DNA of 43,015 nt from Saprolegnia diclina VS20 (taxonomy: Eukaryota): contig NW_008246102.1 in the NCBI RefSeq assembly GCF_000281045.1, positions 1 to 43,015 on the forward strand. The letters are read 5' to 3'. The notes under the pieces were generated by a model. That model searched no databases. It was not told the origin of the DNA and saw only the letters and a program-made list of their open reading frames with translations. Position 1 is the stretch's first letter; each line of letters begins with the position of its first letter. Made by a program: the position numbers and the translations under genes. Of the stretch, positions 20,468 to 32,104 are shown one piece after another.

Positions 20468-23400
20468 ATGCGGTGGCGCACCTTGCTCGTCGTCGCGATA
20501 TGCCCTGCGGTGGCGATGGCGGCAGCTTGCAAGGGCGCCGTCGACTGCAGTAGCGCCGTGTGTGCGACCGGAAGCTGCCTCGCGACTGTTATCGCTATGT
20601 GCGCTGGCAACCCCGGCGACTGCAACGACAACAACGCCTGTACCAAGGATACCTGCATCAACGGTGTCTGCGCCTACAGTAGCCAGTGTTCGGCATGCCG
20701 AGGCGACGTCGAGTGCAACGACGGCAATGCCTGCACCGCCGACCTCTGCGTGGCTGGCTGGTGTGCCCACAGTGACACATGTGGCGCCTGCCACGTCGGC
20801 GCCGCCGACTGCAACGACAACAACGCGTGCACCAAGGACGACTGCGTCAACGGCGTGTGCACGTACACCAATCAATGTGGCCCTTGTCGCGGCGACATGG
20901 ACTGCGACGACCACGATCAATGCACGAATGACGTCTGCGTTTCGGGGTTCTGCGCTCACCGGGGGTCCTGCGCGGTCTGTGCCACCGATGGCGCTTGCGA
21001 CGACGGCGACGCCTGCACCCGCGACAGCTGCGTCAATGGACGTTGCCGGCACATCAACGTGTGCCAGGCCTGCAGGGTGGATGCCACTTGCAACGACGAC
21101 GATGCGTCGACGACCGATGTCTGCCTCTCAGGCTGGTGTGCTCACCGAGCCCGTAGTATCTGCGCGTCCAACGCTAATTGTGACGACGGCGACGCCTGCA
21201 CGACCGACGTTTGCGCGAACGGCAGCTGCGTGCATACCAACGGGTGCCAAGACTGTGCGACGGACGGCAACTGCAACGACAGCAAAGATAGCACGCGCGA
21301 TGTGTGCGTGACGGGGTTCTGCCACCATATCCCGGTGGCGAAGGGCTGCAGCGTCGACGCCGCCTGCGACGACGGCAACGCCTGCACAAAGGACGTCTGC
21401 AGCAACGGGACTTGCATCTACACCAACCACTGTGCGTCCTGCGATTCGAATCTGGACTGCAACGACGGTGAGAGTTGCACGGAGGACACGTGTCAGCGCG
21501 GCTGGTGTGCGCATAGCAACAGTTGCGCGACTTGTACAATGTCCAGCGACTGCGACGACGGCAACGAGTGCACAACGGACGCGTGTGGCGTCGACGGCAC
21601 CTGCGCCTATACCAACGTCTGCGGTCGTTGCATCGGTGCGAATGACTGCAACGACGGAGACGCGTGCACCGATGACACATGTGCCAAGGGGTGGTGCGAC
21701 CACAGCGATGCCTGTACGACGTGCTCGTCAGCGTCCGACTGCGACGACAACAACGTCTGCACCGGTGACGTCTGTGTCGGTGGGCGATGCAGCCATCTAA
21801 ATTTGTGCTCGTCGTGTGACGCCGACACGGACTGCCAAGACGATCAAGTAACCACCGTAGACTTTTGTGCCGGCGGCTGGTGCACCCACCCAACTACCAT
21901 CGATTGCACGGCCTCCGCCAACTGCAACGACGGCAATGAGTGCACCTTAGACACCTGCTTAAACGGTCGCTGCAGCTACACCAACCATTGCGTCGGGTGC
22001 CGAGCCGATGCCAACTGTGACGACGGCGATCCGAGAACCGCCGACATGTGTCAGCGCGGGTGGTGTCGACACCGCGTCTTCGGGTCCTGCGTCGCTGCGA
22101 CCGACTGCGACGACGGCAACCCGTGCTCCCAGGACACGTGTGTGGCCAATCAATGTGCATACGACAACCTTTGTGGCGCCTGTGTGGCCGACAATGCCTG
22201 CCACGACGACGACGCGACGACGGCGGACTTTTGTCTCAGTGGGTGGTGCGGGCACGCCAATACGGCTGGCGTCTGTGCCACCGACCGCGACTGTAGCAAC
22301 AATGATGCGTGCGCTCTCGGTGTTTGCAACGCGGTGACACACACGTGCAGCTACACTAACGCCTGCCCGCACTGCCGCAGTGACGGCGACTGCAACGACG
22401 GGACATCGTCAACGACCAACGTGTGCATTCGCGGCTGGTGCGCGCGTAGCAACGCCAACGCGCCGTGCGCTACCGACCCCGACTGCGACGACGGCAACCG
22501 GTGCACGGGCGATCGGTGCCGCAACGGTGTGTGCGACTACGTCAACATCTGCGGCGCATGCAAGACCGACGTCACATGCAAGGACGGGAACCCGTGTTCG
22601 GTTGACTACTGCGCCAACGGCTGGTGCGCGCACAGCAACATTTGTGCGACGTGCGTTCAGGACAGCGACTGCGTTGACAACACCAACTGCACTGCGCAAG
22701 CGTGCGTGAGTGGCCTCTGCACCTACGTCAACGCCTGCAACACGTGCCGGAGCGACAGCGAGTGCTTTGACAGCGACGACTGCACGATGGATCTATGTGT
22801 GGCCGGTGCCTGCGCCCATCCCTACAGCTGCGCAACGTGTACAACCGAAACCGACTGCGACGACCACAACGCCTGCACCGATGACGTCTGCGACGGCACC
22901 TGCTCGTACATCAACCGTTGCAACTTTTGTGTCAACGACGCCTCGTGCAACGACGGCAACACGACATCGGTCGACGTGTGCGCCAACAACTGGTGTCTGC
23001 ACCGGAGCGCTCAAGTCGCCTGCAGCGATGCTGCCGACTGCGACGACGGCGACCTTTGCACCCAAGAAACGTGCCACAAGGGGTACTGTGTCTACGCAAA
23101 CATCTGTGGCGCCTGCTCGACGGACGCTCAGTGCGACGACAATAGCGCTTGTACGGCCGACATGTGCACCACCGGGTGGTGCCAGCACTCGGGGACGTGC
23201 GCCATCTGTACTTCGGTCGACGACTGCGACGACGACGACCCGTGCACGACCGACGCCTGCAGCGCCACCGGCCAATGCGTCTACACCAACGTGTGCCAAA
23301 GCTGCTCGGTCGATGCCAACTGCAACGATGGTCGCCCGAATACCCAAGACTCGTGCTCGTCCGGCCACTGCTATCACTTGGAAGCCGATTTATGCACCGT

Positions 23401-24217
23401 GGACAGCGACTGCGACGACGGCTCGTCCTGTACGGTCGACGTGTGCGCCAACGGCCAGTGCTCGTATGCGACGGTGCGCTGGGGCGCCTACTGCAACCAG
23501 CCCTGCGCCGTGGCCGGTTTCGACACGGCATGCTTTGGCCTCATCACATGCGACAAGGCGACGGGAGAGCTGCCCGTCTGCTCGGGCTACTGCCTCGATG
23601 GCTACTATGGGCGCGACTGTTCTGCGACCATTCCAAAAATGGGCACCGGTGCGATTGTACTGCAGGTGCGGCTTGCCGGTGCGATAGCATGCCCCGGGAG
23701 AAGCACCTTGTTCAACTTTGCAACTGCCCTTGAACTCACGGACGTTAATATGGCGCTTGCAAGCTGTGTGCTCGTATCCACCGACTCGGCAAATTCGATT
23801 CTGTCGAGTGTCCCGGCCAAGCCGACTTCTATTGTGCAGTACCCGCTGCCGACCGCCGCCGACATTACGCTTGTTGTCTCGGGCGCCGAGAATTTCAACG
23901 CGACGTACCAGTACTACCTCAGCGCGGTCGCAAGCGGGCGACTCGCGTCGGCCTTCCACGTCACCAAAGCCATCGAGCTCAATGGCGCCGTGGCGTATGA
24001 TAGTAATGGCACTCGGATCACGCTGGTGGCGAATCCCATTACGTGGGCAATGCTCGTTGGCTACTGCGTGCTCGCCGCATTTTGCGGTGGCGTCTTTGTT
24101 TTGATGGTGTGGCAGATCTACCTCCGGTGTTGTCGCCGACGCCGTCTCGTGGCCAAGGAGAGAGTGACTCTTCTTGAGCAAAAGATTGCTCCCAAGCACC
24201 GAGCCGGTCGAATATAA
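20468..24217 (+). CDS. Type I membrane protein with 31 tandem ~31-aa Cys-rich (C.D...CT.D.C, Dictyostelium CTDC-like) repeats and an EGF-like module
   Basis: Signal peptide MRWRTLLVVAICPAVAMA; repeats such as CNDNNACTKDTCINGVC; EGF-like CSGYCLDGYYGRDC; TM WAMLVGYCVLAAFCGGVFVLMVWQIYL followed by RCCRRRR. Confidence 0.9.
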   Translation: MRWRTLLVVAICPAVAMAAACKGAVDCSSAVCATGSCLATVIAMCAGNPGDCNDNNACTKDTCINGVCAYSSQCSACRGDVECNDGNACTADLCVAGWCAHSDTCGACHVGAADCNDNNACTKDDCVNGVCTYTNQCGPCRGDMDCDDHDQCTNDVCVSGFCAHRGSCAVCATDGACDDGDACTRDSCVNGRCRHINVCQACRVDATCNDDDASTTDVCLSGWCAHRARSICASNANCDDGDACTTDVCANGSCVHTNGCQDCATDGNCNDSKDSTRDVCVTGFCHHIPVAKGCSVDAACDDGNACTKDVCSNGTCIYTNHCASCDSNLDCNDGESCTEDTCQRGWCAHSNSCATCTMSSDCDDGNECTTDACGVDGTCAYTNVCGRCIGANDCNDGDACTDDTCAKGWCDHSDACTTCSSASDCDDNNVCTGDVCVGGRCSHLNLCSSCDADTDCQDDQVTTVDFCAGGWCTHPTTIDCTASANCNDGNECTLDTCLNGRCSYTNHCVGCRADANCDDGDPRTADMCQRGWCRHRVFGSCVAATDCDDGNPCSQDTCVANQCAYDNLCGACVADNACHDDDATTADFCLSGWCGHANTAGVCATDRDCSNNDACALGVCNAVTHTCSYTNACPHCRSDGDCNDGTSSTTNVCIRGWCARSNANAPCATDPDCDDGNRCTGDRCRNGVCDYVNICGACKTDVTCKDGNPCSVDYCANGWCAHSNICATCVQDSDCVDNTNCTAQACVSGLCTYVNACNTCRSDSECFDSDDCTMDLCVAGACAHPYSCATCTTETDCDDHNACTDDVCDGTCSYINRCNFCVNDASCNDGNTTSVDVCANNWCLHRSAQVACSDAADCDDGDLCTQETCHKGYCVYANICGACSTDAQCDDNSACTADMCTTGWCQHSGTCAICTSVDDCDDDDPCTTDACSATGQCVYTNVCQSCSVDANCNDGRPNTQDSCSSGHCYHLEADLCTVDSDCDDGSSCTVDVCANGQCSYATVRWGAYCNQPCAVAGFDTACFGLITCDKATGELPVCSGYCLDGYYGRDCSATIPKMGTGAIVLQVRLAGAIACPGRSTLFNFATALELTDVNMALASCVLVSTDSANSILSSVPAKPTSIVQYPLPTAADITLVVSGAENFNATYQYYLSAVASGRLASAFHVTKAIELNGAVAYDSNGTRITLVANPITWAMLVGYCVLAAFCGGVFVLMVWQIYLRCCRRRRLVAKERVTLLEQKIAPKHRAGRI

Positions 24218-24743
24218 GTTGGCTTTGCGTTCTCCTAGCTAGCTAGCTATTCGATCCCGACCGGGCATCCCAATGTGGCAATTTGCTCTTTAATATTTAA
24301 AGAGCAGTGCTTTTTACTATGTGTAGTGCAGTGCGCGTGTTATCGGACAGCAACGGCGACGTGGTATCGTCTGCTCTACTCGCCAAAATATGCTCTATTG
24401 CTGTGCCAACTATGAGCGCTTTCGTTTCAAACGTCATTTCACCGAGCAAGTGGCCGCCGCGTCCACAATGTTGTTTTAGAAATGGCACTACGGTCTTATT
24501 TATGGCATGTGCCAAAAATAAGTTGGTATGGGTGCCACATCCAGGCGATTTCATTTTTGTTGGAATCGCAGAGTGGTCAATCGCTCAAAATGGCACGGGG
24601 CCAAAGGAAAAACACAGTGCCAGGCGTCGCACAAGGCGTGGTCTACGCCACAACGAGGCGCTTGATCTTCGCGGGTAGATGTTGTGATGCGTCAAAACGA
24701 CATGTATATTTGCGCCGGTGTGCGAATATTTTTGCTTCTAACG

Positions 24744-26249
24744 TTAGTATACTCTGGCTTGGGTCACCAACGAAATCGAGCACGCTTGACCATTCGCCAA
24801 CTCGAGTTGCATCATAGTCGTGGTGTGCCGCGCTACTATGCGCCATCCGTCGTCGCGCATGCTACGCACCAAAGCTACGGCCGCGGCTTCCGAGATGTGG
24901 ACGCTGTACAGTACGATTCGACGCGTCGTCATGGCGCAGCGCGCGACGAGTGGGCTCAGTCGCGCCGCCCAGCCGTCTCTGCAGTTGGTGGCCACGTCGA
25001 TTTCAACGTCCTGGAGCGCTGGCATGACCGCGGTCGCGCTGAGCAAGGCAACTGCCGCCGCCTCGTTGTACGAGTTGTCCCGAAGCTTGAGCTCGCGGAG
25101 CGCCGTGCATTTGGGCAGCACCGACGCGAACGCCAAGGCGCCATCGTCGTCCAGTCGCGACTGGTTCACACGCAGCGTGGCGAGAGCCGGGAGCGACGGC
25201 AGAATGGACGTCAAGGGCGAGACATCGACGCCGTCGAAAAATGTGTTTTTGAGGTTCAAGCATTTGAGGTGCTGCATCGTGGGAAGCACGGTCGCAAGCT
25301 CGGCGATCAGCGTTCGCGGGCAAAGGGCAAATGCATATGATGTGTTGCGCGAGAGTCGGAGCTCTTCAAGTTGCGTTGCCGTGGCCAGCGACTGCCCGAG
25401 GCGGCGCGTCACGACCTCGGCCGCGTCATCGGTATAGCTTTGATTGGTCCAGCGAAAGACACGCGTCGACCGTGGAAGCGGCAGTCCATCCAGGCCATGC
25501 GACCCAACGTATTGCAGGCTCTTGAGATCTATGTCTTGAAGCGTCGTCGAGTGGGCGATGGCGGCTGCGAAGGCTGGACCGACACCGTCGTTGCCGTCGT
25601 CGTCGATCGCGAGGCTGGCGTAGCGCACCCGGAGACGCACCGCCGGGCGCGTCTCGAGCCATCGAACGAGGCTGTCGACAACGGACGGCGGCAGATCGAT
25701 CTCGTTGTCGCGACTTGCTTGAATGTCGACGTGCACCAGGCGCGGCAGTGGGGCGCTGAGAATTATGTCGATCTGCTTGATGTCGCCGGTGCGGCCAAAC
25801 CAATTCGAGTAGTCGATGCACAGCGTTGTCAAGCGCGGGCAGGCAAGGAGCGCGGCCCGGATCGCCGCCGCTTCGTCAGGACTCATGCAAAAGCCGTTGG
25901 ACGGCACAAGCGTCACAGTAGTCACGAGATGCGCAAGAGCGAGAACGTGGGAGGTCCACTCGTTAAACCGGCCAATGGTAACGGCCACTTGCGGTACGAA
26001 CGGCGCGGCGGCGGTCGCGTACGCAGCAACTGGGGCGCCACTCTGGCCTCTCTCGGCCATCTCGTGCGCGTTAAAGGTCATACGGAGTGCGTCCAAGCTG
26101 CAGCCGGGAGGGCAGGTCGTCGTTCCCCATGTAAAAACGTGCTGCATCCCTGGCGTCTTCTCTGGCAGCGCACGCAGCAGCGTCATGAGCGTGGCATGCG
26201 ACGGGAGGTACAACGCAATGAGCTCGATCGTCTCGAGCGGAAGGACCAT
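24744..26249 (-). CDS. F-box-like N-terminus + RNI-type LRR protein, paralogue 1 (intact, 501 aa)
   Basis: MVLPLETIELIALYLP start; LRR units LEELRLSRN, LKCLNLKNT, LATLRVNQSRLDDDGALAFASVL, LRELKLRDN. Confidence 0.82.
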   Translation of the reverse strand: MVLPLETIELIALYLPSHATLMTLLRALPEKTPGMQHVFTWGTTTCPPGCSLDALRMTFNAHEMAERGQSGAPVAAYATAAAPFVPQVAVTIGRFNEWTSHVLALAHLVTTVTLVPSNGFCMSPDEAAAIRAALLACPRLTTLCIDYSNWFGRTGDIKQIDIILSAPLPRLVHVDIQASRDNEIDLPPSVVDSLVRWLETRPAVRLRVRYASLAIDDDGNDGVGPAFAAAIAHSTTLQDIDLKSLQYVGSHGLDGLPLPRSTRVFRWTNQSYTDDAAEVVTRRLGQSLATATQLEELRLSRNTSYAFALCPRTLIAELATVLPTMQHLKCLNLKNTFFDGVDVSPLTSILPSLPALATLRVNQSRLDDDGALAFASVLPKCTALRELKLRDNSYNEAAAVALLSATAVMPALQDVEIDVATNCRDGWAARLSPLVARCAMTTRRIVLYSVHISEAAAVALVRSMRDDGWRIVARHTTTMMQLELANGQACSISLVTQARVY

Positions 26250-26540
26250 GGTCGACAGTAAATTGCAGAATGCCCAATCAAACTGCAGATCAAGGCTAGA
26301 CAGACCATCATTCGCGCGATACCAATGGGATAGTCTGCAATCTCATTCCAAGGATACGGACGTAACCGTTATAACGATAGAATGTTAGGTTACTAACCCG
26401 TTATTCTCCCTGTTACGTTGCTGACTCGACATGAAATAACGTAACAGGTCGCATGCCCAACCCCCTACGCCTTCTCCAAACACCCTCTGCGTCCGCAAGT
26501 CGTGCTGCTGCTTCTCGAAGAACTGCCAGTTATCGTGCAT

Positions 26541-26960
26541 NNNNNNNNNNNNNNNNNNNNNNNNNNNNNNNNNNNNNNNNNNNNNNNNNNNNNNNNNNNN
26601 NNNNNNNNNNNNNNNNNNNNNNNNNNNNNNNNNNNNNNNNNNNNNNNNNNNNNNNNNNNNNNNNNNNNNNNNNNNNNNNNNNNNNNNNNNNNNNNNNNNN
26701 NNNNNNNNNNNNNNNNNNNNNNNNNNNNNNNNNNNNNNNNNNNNNNNNNNNNNNNNNNNNNNNNNNNNNNNNNNNNNNNNNNNNNNNNNNNNNNNNNNNN
26801 NNNNNNNNNNNNNNNNNNNNNNNNNNNNNNNNNNNNNNNNNNNNNNNNNNNNNNNNNNNNNNNNNNNNNNNNNNNNNNNNNNNNNNNNNNNNNNNNNNNN
26901 NNNNNNNNNNNNNNNNNNNNNNNNNNNNNNNNNNNNNNNNNNNNNNNNNNNNNNNNNNNN
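26541..26960. other. Assembly gap (420 N)
   Basis: Run of N bases. Confidence 1.
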
Positions 26961-28409
26961 AGCTGCCGCAAGGTAAAATTGGTCTCCCATCGGGTCCTTG
27001 CGCAAGCCCGCGTCGACCAAGGCGCTGGCTAGCGCCGCGCGCGCCGCCGTCGAGACGTTGAAACTGTAGAGCGTGAGTTGGCCAGTCGTAATGGCGCACG
27101 TTGCCAGCAGCGGACTCAGTCGCTGTATCCAGCCGTCGCGACAACGGGTTGCAACGTCGATTGCCACGTAATCGAGAACGGGCATTCGGGCGATGACTGC
27201 CAATAGCGCTTCGGACGACGCTTCGTTGTACGCACCGCGTTGAAGCATCAGTTCGCGCAGCGAGGTGCAGCGCGGAAGCATCGACGCGAGCGCCAGTGCA
27301 CCGGCGTCGTCGAGGCGCGTTGTTTTGATTCGCAGCGTCTCCAAAGCGGGCAGCAGCGGAAGAACTGCCGTGAGAGGCGCGATGTCGACGCCTCGCAATG
27401 AGTTGTCCTTGAGGTACAACAGCTTGAGGTGCTGCATCGTTGGCAAGGCCGCTGCGAGCTCGGCCACCAGCGTCGTCGAGCACAGCGTTTTCTTGCCTGC
27501 GAGATGGAGCGTCTCCAGATGGGTGGCCGAAGCGAGGGAGGCCACGAGGTAGCGGGCGAGTGTTGCTGTATTCGAGCGGCGTCGCGCGCCTTCGTCGCTG
27601 GTCCAGCGGAACGTGCGCAGCGTCGGCGGCAGTGGCTGCCCGAAAAGGCCGTGCGTGTTGAAGAACGTCACGTTCTTCAGGTCGACCGTTTCCAGTGTCG
27701 TCGAGCGCGAGATCGCCGACGCCAGCGCCGCACCGACGCCGTCACGACCGTTTTCATCGATCGCCACGCTCAAATGGTGTAGTCGGAGGTACGTGGCTGG
27801 CCCCGTCTCAACCCACTGGACGAGGCTCTTCACGCTCGATGCGGCGAGACGGTGCACGGTCTCCGAGCCATTGATGTCGACAAACGTGAGCTGCGGCATG
27901 CGGGGTGCAGCGCTGATAACGTCGTCAATACTGGCGAGAGCTCCGATGCTGTCGCTCGAGGTTTTGTATCGGATGTACAGCATGCGCACGCGGGGGCACG
28001 CGACGAGCGCGTCACGGAGCGCATTCGATTGGTTGGGAAGATCAAAGGCAGCGTCAGGCTCGAACGTGACCGACGTGACGAGGTGGGCGATGGCGTCGAC
28101 GTACCGGTCCCACTGCGCCATGTTGCCGACGGTGACCGACACTTGCGGTGCGAACGGCGTCGCGGCAGCGTACGCAGCAATTGACGCCGGATCGACCTCG
28201 TAGTGATCGAATAAGCGCGTATCGAACGACATGCTCAGTCTGCAAAAACTCACAAAACCACAATGGCGCGTGCCGTCCGTCTTGCCCCAAATCCGGACGA
28301 CGTCCATCGCTGGCGTATGCTCGGGCAGAACATCCAAAAATGCGACGAGCGCCGGTCGCGACGGGATGTACGCTGCAATGTGCTCGATCGTTTCGAGTGG
28401 TAGGCGCAT
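26961..28409 (-). CDS. F-box-like + LRR protein, paralogue 2 (3' end lost in the gap)
   Basis: MRLPLETIEHIAAYIP start; colinear with paralogue 1 (AYAAATPFAPQV, ALVACPR, STTLETVDLK, LPTMQHLK, RLDDAGALALASMLPRCTSLREL) and open up to the gap. Confidence 0.8.
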
Positions 28410-28547
28410 CGAAAGACGTGGCCGGCGATGAATGGAGTAATGAGGGTTCGGAGATGCTAGATTGCCTATTTGGGAATGTAGGTCGCCTGTCAAAACCATC
28501 ACTCATTGGACGGCACGCATGTTCGAGTGCACAACGCGTGACGGGTA

Positions 28548-28560
28548 CAGCCAATCAGAA
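28548..28560 (-). promoter_or_regulatory. CCAAT box (TTCTGATTGGCTG on the minus strand) about 140 nt upstream of LRR paralogue 2
   Basis: Same core motif as at 1528-1540. Confidence 0.5.
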
Positions 28561-28962
28561 GCCAGGAACCGGGTTGCATCAACATCTCGATTTGATATCG
28601 GACAAAACAAGCTGTGAGCTTGCACGACGGAAACGACTTGAGTATTATAATAGTTGTCAGGTGGTACGTTACCGGGATTACTAGCACCCCATGGGTTCGG
28701 TTTCGACGTGGTCCATCGACAGGCTGCTTGATCGACCGACGATCCTTGGTTTCTTCCCACAACCGGTACTCCCGCGCGGTCAGGCCTCGGCGGAGCACGA
28801 GCTGGGGAGACCAATCGATGCACCGGAGGGCCACGTTGCGACTCAAGTATTAGTACTACTGTAGTCGACACATTGTAAAGTCCCGTACCGGTATTGCTGG
28901 TGTAGTATGCTATTGTGGCCAGCGCTCAAAGCGAGACACATTACCAGCAATATCGGTCGGTG

Positions 28963-29770
28963 TTAGTTGAACAACAAGCTACGGTCTTCCAACGAGATGG
29001 AACTGAATCGCTCCTGCGTCGCGTCATCGCTGCCACTCGGAGCCGCCACCCAGTAGGATGGGGCTTCCGAAAAGACCTCGCACAAACCCGCGTCGAACAA
29101 GACGCTTGCTAGCGCCGCAAGCGCGGGTGTCGAGACACTGGGACTGTAAAGCCAAACGCCCTCGGTCGTAATGACGCACGTTGCAAGCAGCTGACTCAGT
29201 CGCTGCATCCAGCCGTCGTTCCAACTTATGCGATGGCGGATCAATAGCGCTTCAGACGACGCTTCTTTGTACTCGCCGCCTTGCACCATCAACTGGCACA
29301 GTGAGGTGAAACGCGGAAGCATCCACCAGAGTCCTTGGGCACAATGTGCTGCTGCCAGCAAGCTGGAGCGACTCCAGTTGCGTGGCTGACGCGAGCGAAG
29401 CCCCGAGGTGGCGGGTGAGTGTCGCTGCTGTCAGGAGGCGTGGTGCGTGTTCGTCGCAGGCCCAAAAGAACACACGTGTCGTCGGCGGCTGCCCGAAAAG
29501 GCCATGCCTGTTGAAGAACGTCACGTTGTTCAAGTCGACCGTTTGCGTCGTTGAGCCCGAAATCGCTGCTGCCACCGCATGACGGTCACATTGTGTAGCC
29601 GGAGGCCAATGGCCGGAGGTAGTCGCCGGCCCCGTCTCGATCCACTGAGCAAGGCTGTTGACGCTTGATACGGCGAGACTGCCCCCGGTGTCCGAGCTCT
29701 CAGTATCGACATGGCAAAGGTGTGGAAGGTGGGGCGCAGCGCTGAAGACGCTGTCGACACATAGTCGCCC
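28963..29770 (-). pseudogene. Decayed LRR paralogue, closest to paralogue 2, with no N-terminus
   Basis: SSVNSLAQWIETGPAT, TVDLNNVTFFNRHGLFGQP, ASLASATQLESLQLAG, MLPRFTSL..EASSEALL and DGWMQRLSQLLATC match paralogue 2, with deletions and a frame change. Confidence 0.8.
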
Positions 29771-29870
29771 CAGACCGCGCACCGTCCCACGGTAGAGTGT
29801 GCCAGTGGCCCGATGGTTGTGCTGTTCAGGTGCAGCCATAGCGTTGAGAACGGTTGCCGGCATGGGTGTT

Positions 29871-29926
29871 GCACATTTTGCCCGTGATCCGAGAAAGCAC
29901 ATTTTGCCCGTGATCCGAGAAAGCAC
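29871..29926. repeat. Perfect 26-bp tandem duplication GCACATTTTGCCCGTGATCCGAGAAA x2
   Basis: Read directly: copies at 29871-29896 and 29897-29922, followed by GCAC. Confidence 0.95.
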
Positions 29927-30299
29927 GTGCTTGCAGTTCTGCCTGCAGAACAAGGTGAAGCTCGACAACGTAGTCGCCCCGGCTAGAAATAGGTTTAGCT
30001 TCTTGTAGGTTAATTCACTCACACTTCATTTCGACTCCTTTTGAGCACTTGTCTTCCACCACCCTCGGTGCGCAGACGAAGCAGGCCTCAACAATGGGTA
30101 CATGGACGTCAGCGCTGTCTAGACTGCAAGGCGGCTCGTAGCACACACGCTTGGCACCACTTTGTCGGTAGAGAGTTCTAAGAACACGAAAGGACACGAA
30201 AGACTAGTTCGGTTCACTGAGTTTGTGTAAACACGTACTGAAACGTGGTGCGAGCTGAGCTTGTTGCTGCTGTCGGAGGCAAAACTGTGATGTCAAAGA

Positions 30300-30480
30300 C
30301 GAAACCGTGCGCCCAGTTGGCGTCCGTGAGCGTCTTCCAGTTGACGTCGTTGAAGGTGCAGACTATCGTCTTGTCGGCGTTGGTGACACCGCAGACGCGG
30401 CCGTCGCCGACCGCGTCTTCGCTGAGCGTTTCGCCAGTCTTGTCAAGCGAGCATTTCAAGAGCGCACCGGATGCGTCGCT
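30300..30480 (-). pseudogene. Fragment of a tectonin-like beta-propeller (lectin-like) repeat gene
   Basis: SGALLKCSL..AVGDGRVCGVTNADKTIVCTFNDVNWKTL, homologous to 41280-41510. Confidence 0.45.
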
Positions 30481-30681
30481 TGGACAAGGATTTGATCTCC
30501 TCGGCACATTCCAATGCTGTCGCGTGACGCTCGCCGGCTGCATCGTCCAACTCACCGTCACGACAAGACAATATCGTTAACGTTATTGAGGAAAGAGCAC
30601 TCGACTGGACAGCTCAATATAGCAACCATGGGGCGACGCCTCCGACGTGCGATCCGAAGGTACCCACGCAGTGTCTTCATT

Positions 30682-32104
30682 TCACCGCCGTTGCAGGCCA
30701 CAAGTGTTGAGCGCGACCGCCAACGCGGAACACTCTTCTTTCATAGCAAATCGACCGTAGAGAGCCACTTGTTGCATCGTCCTGGCGCATTTTGCAAGCA
30801 GCGGGCTCAGGCGTTCGAGTCGCCCGGCGGTGCAGTCGCCAGCAACGTCGACGGCGAGGTGCTCGAGGCGCGGCATCGCGGCCGCCGTCGACAGCAGTGC
30901 CGCAGTAGACGCCTCGGTGTACGTTCCTCCGCCCACGAGCACCCGGCGCAGCGCGGCGCAGTGTGGCAGCACGGCAGCGAGGGCCGCGACACTCAAGTTG
31001 CTCAGTCGAGTGTTGTCAAGGTGCAGTGACGCCAGCGCTGGCATCATCGGACGCACGTCAAAGAGTTGCGGCATGCATGCGTTCTGAAAGACGATGCCGT
31101 CGAGGCTCAGTGTATGGAGTTGCGGCATGGAAGGCAGCGTGTGACTCAACACTCGATTGAGAAATGCTGGACGCAAGGCGCGTGTATATGTCACATGGAG
31201 CTCCTCCAAACGAGACGCCGGTGCAAGCGACTGCCCCAAGTTGTTGGCGACGACGTCCCCGAATGAAACTGTGTCCGTGAGCCCGACGTTGGACCAGCGA
31301 AAGACCCGCGTGGTCACCGGCAATGGCAATCCATGGAGCCCATGCACGTCAAAGTAGCGCAAGCTGTCGAGCTCGATGTATTCGAGCGTGGTCGACGCCG
31401 CCACCGCCTGCGCCAGCGCCTCGCCGAGCGTGTTCTTGCCCACATAGCACATGGTGAGGTCAGTCTTGAACAGGCACAGCGAGACCGCCGGGCGTGAGCG
31501 CAGCCACTGGATGATACGCTCGGTCGTCCGAGGCGTGAGCTTCGTCGTGGTACTGCCGCTACCAGCAATATCCAGACGCAGAATGCGCGGGTGTTGATCG
31601 ATGATTGCGAGGATGTTGTTGACGTACGCCATGCTGCCCGTGTAGTCTTCGTAGTCGTATTGGATCGAGAAGGTCTCGAGTCGGGGGCACCCGGCCAAGG
31701 CATCGCAAAGCGCCGTCCCGTCGTCTGCGAGCACCGTTGCCATGTTGCCGGCGCGTTCCGAATGCAACACGGTTGTGTGCGTCACAAGGTGGGAAAACCG
31801 TAGCACGCGCCAAAGGCACTCGTGGAGGTTATGGACCGTGGCAGTGACCTTTGGCACGAACGGCGCGACGGCGGCGGCGTGCGTCGTGATGGGCGTCGCG
31901 CCATCTTTCATCTCGCGCGCTCGCACCCGTAGGAACGGCCAGCAGGCATCAATGCCGTCGTCCAGTGATGTGTGCACACGCCATTCTTCGCATGGCCGGC
32001 GTGTACGCTGGAAGCACATCCAGGAGCGTCCAGAGGTCGTCGGTCCATGGGAGAAACGCCGCGATGATCTCAATGCTCTCGATCGCGAGCGGTGACGAGG
32101 GCAT
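30682..32104 (-). pseudogene. F-box-like + LRR paralogue 3 with a frameshift near 31985 (pseudogene or sequencing error)
   Basis: The N-terminus MPSSPLAIESIEIIAAFLP..LLDVLPAYTPAM is in a different frame from the ~430-aa LRR body, and no intron-sized GT-AG fits between them. Confidence 0.7.

Noticed and set aside
24297..24740. Short, more AT-rich ORFs including a kinase-like AQGVVY
   Set aside because: No further kinase motifs or gene structure.
26385..27483. Several long ORFs spanning the N run
   Set aside because: Artefacts of translating through the assembly gap.
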